Shown piece by piece: positions 59,760 through 64,000 of a stretch of 64,000 nt of DNA. Origin of the DNA: an uncultured Caldilineaceae bacterium (GTDB taxonomy: Bacteria > Chloroflexota > Anaerolineae > 4572-78 > J111); NCBI GenBank assembly GCA_964398055.1, contig CAYNLK010000005.1:77875-141874 (forward strand). Reading direction: 5' to 3'. Every line of letters begins with the position of its first letter. Within the stretch, counting starts at the first letter, position 1. A program made the position numbers and the translations under genes. The notes beneath the pieces were generated by a model, which searched no databases, was not told the origin of the DNA, and worked only from the letters and a program-made list of their open reading frames with translations.

Positions 59760-62267
59760 TTAGCTTAACTCTCGTATCTTGTTTTTGGCTCTCTCAAGAT
59801 AAAATGTGTTGTTCCCACAATACTTTAACACCGCTTTAAAGTCCTGGATAGCTCGTTTACGATCCCCTTTTTTCTCATAAGCTTGACCACGGATCCAATA
59901 ATCAACATAACTATTACGTCTTTTTTTGATAATCTTGCTCAAATCGTTAATTGCTTGATCATAGTTACCGACATGATAAAAGGCAAAACCGCGATAAAAC
60001 AGGAATTGATCTGCCTCATCAGGCAAAAGTCGTATAAGGATATTATAGTCACTGATGGCTTGTTCGTAGTCACCTAATTCAAATAAAATTTCGGCTCGGG
60101 CATAATAGGCGTCAACATTATAGGGATCGTATCGAATGGTTTCTGAAAGATATTCAATCTTCTGTAATGTTTGTAGTTTCTTGTCTGCCTCCTTCAATTC
60201 TAAAGAGTCACCACTCTTGATTAGAATTTGCTCGTAATCTGCGATAGCCTGTTTGTAATTACGCATTTTCTCGTAGATTTCCGCTCGACTGGCATAATTC
60301 GTAGCATTCTTAGGTTCAAGCCGTATGGCCTGGTTAAGGTCTGCTAAAGCTTGATGATAATCTCCCATTTTGGCGTGAATTTCTCCGCGTCGCCGATACG
60401 CGCCGCCATCTACGGCAACGGCAATTGCCTGATCTAGATAATTCAGCGCGCGACAATAATCTCCTTTCTGCTCGCAAACTCTGGCCTCAGCAAAATAAAG
60501 GAACTGAATTTCCAACAATAAACTCTGGCGATGGCTCGCTTTTAGAGTATCATTTGATTTGTACAATAAATGGTCGTCAAGCAATTGAAGGGCCATTAAA
60601 TAATCCGACATAGCCTGAGCGAAATCGCCTTGCTTTCTATATAGTTCACCACGAGCTTCATATGCACTCGAGCTTGGGGCAAGATGGACGGCTTGATTGT
60701 AATCTTGAAGAGCTCTGTCATATGCCGCCATATAAAAAAATAACCGCCCTCGCGCCTCATAAGCCGAGGCATAATCGGGCTTGAGTTGTATAACCCGCGT
60801 ATAGTCAGCAATGGCTTGCTTATCATTTTTTAAATCGTAATTATACAACTGGGCGCGCTTTTCGTAGGCAGCATAATGGTTAGGCCGAAGACGGATGGCC
60901 TCTGAATAATCAGCTAATGCCCGCTTATATTCTTCCTTTTTATAATTATAAACATCACCACGAGCTTCATACGCCTCAGCAAAGTCAGACTGGAGTTGAA
61001 TTGCTTGGCTGTAGTCGGCAATAGCTCGGTCAATATCGCTCTTTGCATTAAAAACCTGTCCACGTTGGTAGTAAATCTTTGGATTACTTGGATTTTTCTC
61101 AATGATTCGGTTGCACAATATTATCGCTTTATCATAATCAGACATAGCCTGGTCACGTTCGCCTCTAGCATGATACGCACGTCCCCGATGGTAGAAGTAC
61201 CTATAGTTATTCGGCAACAATTCGATTGCCTTACTGTAATATGCAACCGCTTGTTCGTGATTCTCTTTTTCGTAATCAGCCTGACCAAGTTTGAAGTAAT
61301 TTTCAGCCTGTTCAATCATGGATTGAGATGGTTTGGAAAACCTAATCCGTCCGGTAGTATTAACAGTAGGAAATTTCTGCGTCCTCTTACCATCCCCCAG
61401 AGCTTGGACTAACTCTCCCGTAGTAGGACGAGCCTCAACTTGCTTGGACAAGATGGTCATCACCAACTCCGCCAGTGTGGCTGGCACGTCCGGACGCACC
61501 CGCCCCAAAGACTCCGGCCCTCTCTCACAGATCATTTCATCCAGCAACTCAAACAGCCGAGCCTGGTAACGCATCACATTAGCCCCGGCCGATTCCCGCG
61601 CCCGCCGCTCCAAAGCCTCCATATCGACGTAGTGCCGCCCGGTCAGCATCTCGTACAGTACCGCTCCCAACTGGTAAACGTCGCTGCGGCCGTCGACCGG
61701 CTTGCCCCGGATTTGCTCCGGCGACATATAAACCATAGTGCCCGGCTGGAAACCGCTCTGGGTCAAAGCCGTGCCGCCGGCCCCGCGAGGGACGTGGGCA
61801 ATACCAAAATCGCTGACTTTGGCCCGCCCGTTTTCGGTCAGGAGAATGTTTTCCGGCTTGATGTCGCGATGAACAATGCCTTTGGCGTGGGCAATAGCCA
61901 GCCCGTCAGCCACATCGGCGGCAATGCGGCTGGCCTCCTCGATTGGCAACGGCCCTTGTCGCTCCAGCCGGTCGCGCAGGCTGCCCCCGGCCAGGTACTC
62001 CATTACCAGGTATACCTCGTTCTTGACCACCTTCAGGCTATAGACAGTGACGATGTGCGGGTGATTCAGGCTGCCGGCTGCCCGCGCTTCCTGGATGAAA
62101 CGTTTGAAAGCCAGCTCGTCGGTTTGGGTGGTGATGGTCAACTCTTTGATAGCGGCGGGTCGGTCAAGGTGGCTGTCGTGAGCCAGGTAAACCACGCCAA
62201 AGGCGCCCTGGCCCAGGCGGCGGATAATCTGGAATTCGAACAGGTTTTGATTGGGGGCGAGAGGCAT
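59760..62267 (-). CDS. Ser/Thr protein kinase (Hanks type) fused to about 15 TPR repeats
   Basis: GQGAFGVVYLAHD, AIKEL, HRDIKPENILL, DFG and SPE motifs, then repeated AxxxYxxAIxLxPxxxxAYxxRG units. Confidence 0.9.
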   Translation of the reverse strand: MPLAPNQNLFEFQIIRRLGQGAFGVVYLAHDSHLDRPAAIKELTITTQTDELAFKRFIQEARAAGSLNHPHIVTVYSLKVVKNEVYLVMEYLAGGSLRDRLERQGPLPIEEASRIAADVADGLAIAHAKGIVHRDIKPENILLTENGRAKVSDFGIAHVPRGAGGTALTQSGFQPGTMVYMSPEQIRGKPVDGRSDVYQLGAVLYEMLTGRHYVDMEALERRARESAGANVMRYQARLFELLDEMICERGPESLGRVRPDVPATLAELVMTILSKQVEARPTTGELVQALGDGKRTQKFPTVNTTGRIRFSKPSQSMIEQAENYFKLGQADYEKENHEQAVAYYSKAIELLPNNYRYFYHRGRAYHARGERDQAMSDYDKAIILCNRIIEKNPSNPKIYYQRGQVFNAKSDIDRAIADYSQAIQLQSDFAEAYEARGDVYNYKKEEYKRALADYSEAIRLRPNHYAAYEKRAQLYNYDLKNDKQAIADYTRVIQLKPDYASAYEARGRLFFYMAAYDRALQDYNQAVHLAPSSSAYEARGELYRKQGDFAQAMSDYLMALQLLDDHLLYKSNDTLKASHRQSLLLEIQFLYFAEARVCEQKGDYCRALNYLDQAIAVAVDGGAYRRRGEIHAKMGDYHQALADLNQAIRLEPKNATNYASRAEIYEKMRNYKQAIADYEQILIKSGDSLELKEADKKLQTLQKIEYLSETIRYDPYNVDAYYARAEILFELGDYEQAISDYNILIRLLPDEADQFLFYRGFAFYHVGNYDQAINDLSKIIKKRRNSYVDYWIRGQAYEKKGDRKRAIQDFKAVLKYCGNNTFYLERAKNKIRELS

Positions 62268-62311
62268 TGGCGGCTCCTTTACCCGCAGATCAAATTTCGC
62301 AGGCGATTGCG

Positions 62312-62707
62312 TTACAATTCACTTTCAAGGAGGTTTAGCAACTCGATCAGGCTGAGAACCTGACCGGGTATTACGGTTTTATCGCTACCTTCGTGAATGT
62401 GATGGGGAAAATTCGCCAACTCGGGGTGATCCGGGGTGTTGTCCCAACGCCGCCGGAGTACCTGCTTTTGCTCATCCAACCATTGATAGCGATAGTCAAT
62501 GGTTACAAGTTGGCCCTCAACAAGCACAAAATACTCTGCTGCTTCTAAAAAATCTCCATTCGCAAGAGTCGCCCGCAAGCGGATATATCCGTCGTCAGTG
62601 TTAGCCCAAAAACGGACAAATTTATACTCGACAATGATGGGGCTGCTAATCAAGGCGAGTTCAACCCTGTTCAGGTAGGCAGCAATATCACTCATTCGCA
62701 TCGCCAC
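62312..62707 (-). CDS. DUF6516/TumE-like toxin-family protein
   Basis: YIRLRATLANGDFLEAAEYF...YRYQWLDEQKQVLRRRWDNTPDHPELANFPHHIHEG. Confidence 0.6.
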   Translation of the reverse strand: MAMRMSDIAAYLNRVELALISSPIIVEYKFVRFWANTDDGYIRLRATLANGDFLEAAEYFVLVEGQLVTIDYRYQWLDEQKQVLRRRWDNTPDHPELANFPHHIHEGSDKTVIPGQVLSLIELLNLLESEL

Positions 62708-63014
62708 CTTGCAAGATACGCAGCCGAGTCATAAGTCGTTCTCGCATCTTACAAAAGACGTTCCATTCCATAAAATCGGCTGTATCGTCGATCTGTCCGG
62801 CCTGGAAGCGCGACCAGAACACCGCCGAGGTCAAATTATACCGGCGCTCAAACTCGGCCAGTTCTTTATTAACTTGCTCCAGGTCCACTTCATCACGGGC
62901 AATCTGGCGATCAATAATTTTACGCAATGCCTCATCCAAGAAGGCATCTTGAAATCCGGTCGAGTAAAGTTGTTCCAATCGCTTCACATCACTCAAAACG
63001 GTTACGCCAGTCAT
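62688..63014 (-). CDS. Small upstream partner (putative antitoxin) of the TumE-like gene
   Basis: 20-nt overlap with the downstream gene, 108 aa, helical. No catalytic motif. Confidence 0.5.
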   Translation of the reverse strand: MTGVTVLSDVKRLEQLYSTGFQDAFLDEALRKIIDRQIARDEVDLEQVNKELAEFERRYNLTSAVFWSRFQAGQIDDTADFMEWNVFCKMRERLMTRLRILQGGDANE

Positions 63015-63134
63015 AATTCGATACTCCTACTACTCCAAAATCAACATAGACGCTTTTCATTTATTTTAGCGTGACCAGTCCACCGGGTCAAGGGTCGCAA
63101 ATACCACCACCCACCGACACAAAAAGTACGATGT

Positions 63135-63617
63135 CTACTCGGAAACTGCCAACAACTCTGCCTGCGTCACTCGCAGCAGCTCGTCCGGGGTCAGGCGGAG
63201 CATGGCGTTGGTATCGCCGCCGCCGCCAAAGATGACCGGCAAGGCGGTGATGGCCGGATCGATGAAGGTGGTCAGCTTTTGGCGATGGCCAAACGGGGGC
63301 ATACTGCCGACCACGTAGCCGGTGATGGCCAGGGCCTGGTCGGCCCCGGCAAATTTCACCTGCTTGCGGCCCACACCCAGCCGGTCGGCCACTTTGCGCT
63401 GGTCCACTTTAGCCGTCCCGTTATTGATCACCAAAAATGGCTGCTCTTTCACCAAAAAAACCAGGGTTTTGATGATCTGCTCCGGCTCCACCTGCAAGGC
63501 CCTGGCCGCGTCGGGCACGGTCAGGGTATGCTCGGCCAGCGGCAAAATAGTGGCCTGGATGTGATGTTCAGCGATGAAGCGCTGCAAGTCGGCGCTGGTG
63601 AGCTTTTCTATAGCCAT
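63135..63617 (-). CDS. YbaK/ProX-type aminoacyl-tRNA deacylase
   Basis: KTLVFLVKEQPFLV, GYVVGSMPPFGH, and a size of 160 aa. Confidence 0.8.
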   Translation of the reverse strand: MAIEKLTSADLQRFIAEHHIQATILPLAEHTLTVPDAARALQVEPEQIIKTLVFLVKEQPFLVINNGTAKVDQRKVADRLGVGRKQVKFAGADQALAITGYVVGSMPPFGHRQKLTTFIDPAITALPVIFGGGGDTNAMLRLTPDELLRVTQAELLAVSE

Positions 63618-63638
63618 TACTCAAGGGAGTCCTAAATT

Positions 63639-63790
63639 CAATACTTTTCAAATAAGCGATTGAAATCGTTCCTCCAGGACTAAAGCCGGTCGTCCACCTG
63701 CGTGGACGGGTCTTTTTGTCCGCGTAGGCGGACATCACGGCGTAGCCCTCCAGATGCGGTTTCAACCGCGTCCTTATTTGAAAAGTATTG
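63639..63790. mobile_element. MITE-like element: 18-bp perfect terminal inverted repeats and 10-bp target-site duplication
   Basis: The TIRs are CAATACTTTTCAAATAAG (63639..63656) and CTTATTTGAAAAGTATTG (63773..63790). They are flanked by GTCCTAAATT at 63629..63638 and 63791..63800. Internal hairpins are CGTCCAC-CTGC-GTGGACG and GTCCGC-GTAG-GCGGAC. Confidence 0.75.
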
Positions 63791-63813
63791 GTCCTAAATT
63801 GTATTTCGAGCTG

Positions 63814-64000
63814 TCAACTTGACAACACGGTCTGATACAAATCAAACGTCTCTTTAGCAATTTGCTGCCACTCAAACAGTTGCCCCAACTGCCTGGCCCC
63901 GGCTGCCAACTTTTGCCGCAGAGCTGCGTTGTTGGCCAGAAGCGCAACCGTCCGGGCCAGGCCGGCGGCGTCGCGGGGCGGGGCCAGCAACATATTTTCG
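63814..64000 (-). CDS. Glycosyltransferase family 1 (GT4-like), C-terminal end only (5' part outside window)
   Basis: My translation of the minus strand gives ...ENMLLAPPRDAAGLARTVALLANNAALRQKLAAGARQLGQLFEWQQIAKETFDLYQTVLSS-stop. This is the typical GT1 C-terminal helix pattern. Confidence 0.55.
   Translation of the reverse strand, partial: ENMLLAPPRDAAGLARTVALLANNAALRQKLAAGARQLGQLFEWQQIAKETFDLYQTVLSS

Noticed and set aside
63568-63765. A 65-aa ORF and a CRISPR-repeat-like string (GTTTCAAC...GAAAAG) upstream of the ybaK-like gene.
   Set aside because: The ORF lies entirely within the MITE-like element. The repeat-like string occurs once, with no spacer/repeat periodicity and no cas genes, so it is not a CRISPR array.
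1-64000. I looked for tRNA/rRNA genes, CRISPR arrays, transposases, integrases, reverse transcriptases and phage structural genes across the whole window.
   Set aside because: No convincing candidates were seen by eye in any intergenic gap or ORF. Absence of tRNAs in particular should be confirmed with tRNAscan-SE, since manual scanning is unreliable.

Overview
This is a high-GC (about 60%) bacterial chromosomal segment with roughly 55 protein-coding genes. I saw no rRNA, tRNA, CRISPR array, transposase, integrase or phage structural gene by eye. The protein style suggests a Chloroflexota-like organism, but that is inference only: Pro/Thr-rich linkers behind single TM anchors, three ECF sigma/anti-sigma pairs, giant STAND-type regulators, and a T-box on valS.

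Layout:
- 0-15 kb: NHL-repeat protein, DASS-type permease, a c-type cytochrome cluster, three ECF sigma/anti-sigma modules, and secreted or polyanionic envelope proteins.
- 15-27 kb: housekeeping genes, including valS with a T-box leader, carbonic anhydrase and a PLP dehydratase. It also holds tandem paralogous surface proteins and a Moco-sulfurase-like/PhnD-like pair.
- 27.4-34.2 kb: a self-contained galactitol-type PTS cassette (SorC regulator, 2x EIIB, HPr, EIIA, EIIC, EI) bracketed by a 31-bp direct repeat.
- 34-38 kb: a 1356-aa SARP-ATPase-TPR-SBP5 fusion regulator.
- 40-52 kb: a same-strand cluster. It contains a tandem class III cyclase-STAND protein, two paralogous polyprenyl-synthase-like proteins (one fused to an alpha/alpha-toroid with DxDD and QW motifs), and an HExxH + cNMP-binding protein. 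It also has a small leader-like peptide gene, a low-GC MNT-HEPN islet, and two convergent REC-Roadblock regulators.
- 52-59 kb: envelope GT-C-like and DUF2079 membrane proteins invaded by heptamer repeat elements.
- 59-64 kb: an accessory patch with RHH+HNH, a truncated ATPase, a compositionally chimeric Ser/Thr kinase-TPR gene, a TumE-like pair, YbaK, and a MITE with a target-site duplication.

The most interesting items:
1. A thioredoxin gene whose first active-site Cys codon is an in-frame TGA followed by a hairpin (candidate selenoprotein).
2. The cNMP/isoprenoid-synthase-like cluster.
3. The repeat-bracketed PTS island.
4. In-frame repeat insertions in coding regions.

All calls rest on reading motifs in the given translations and DNA. 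No database search was possible.
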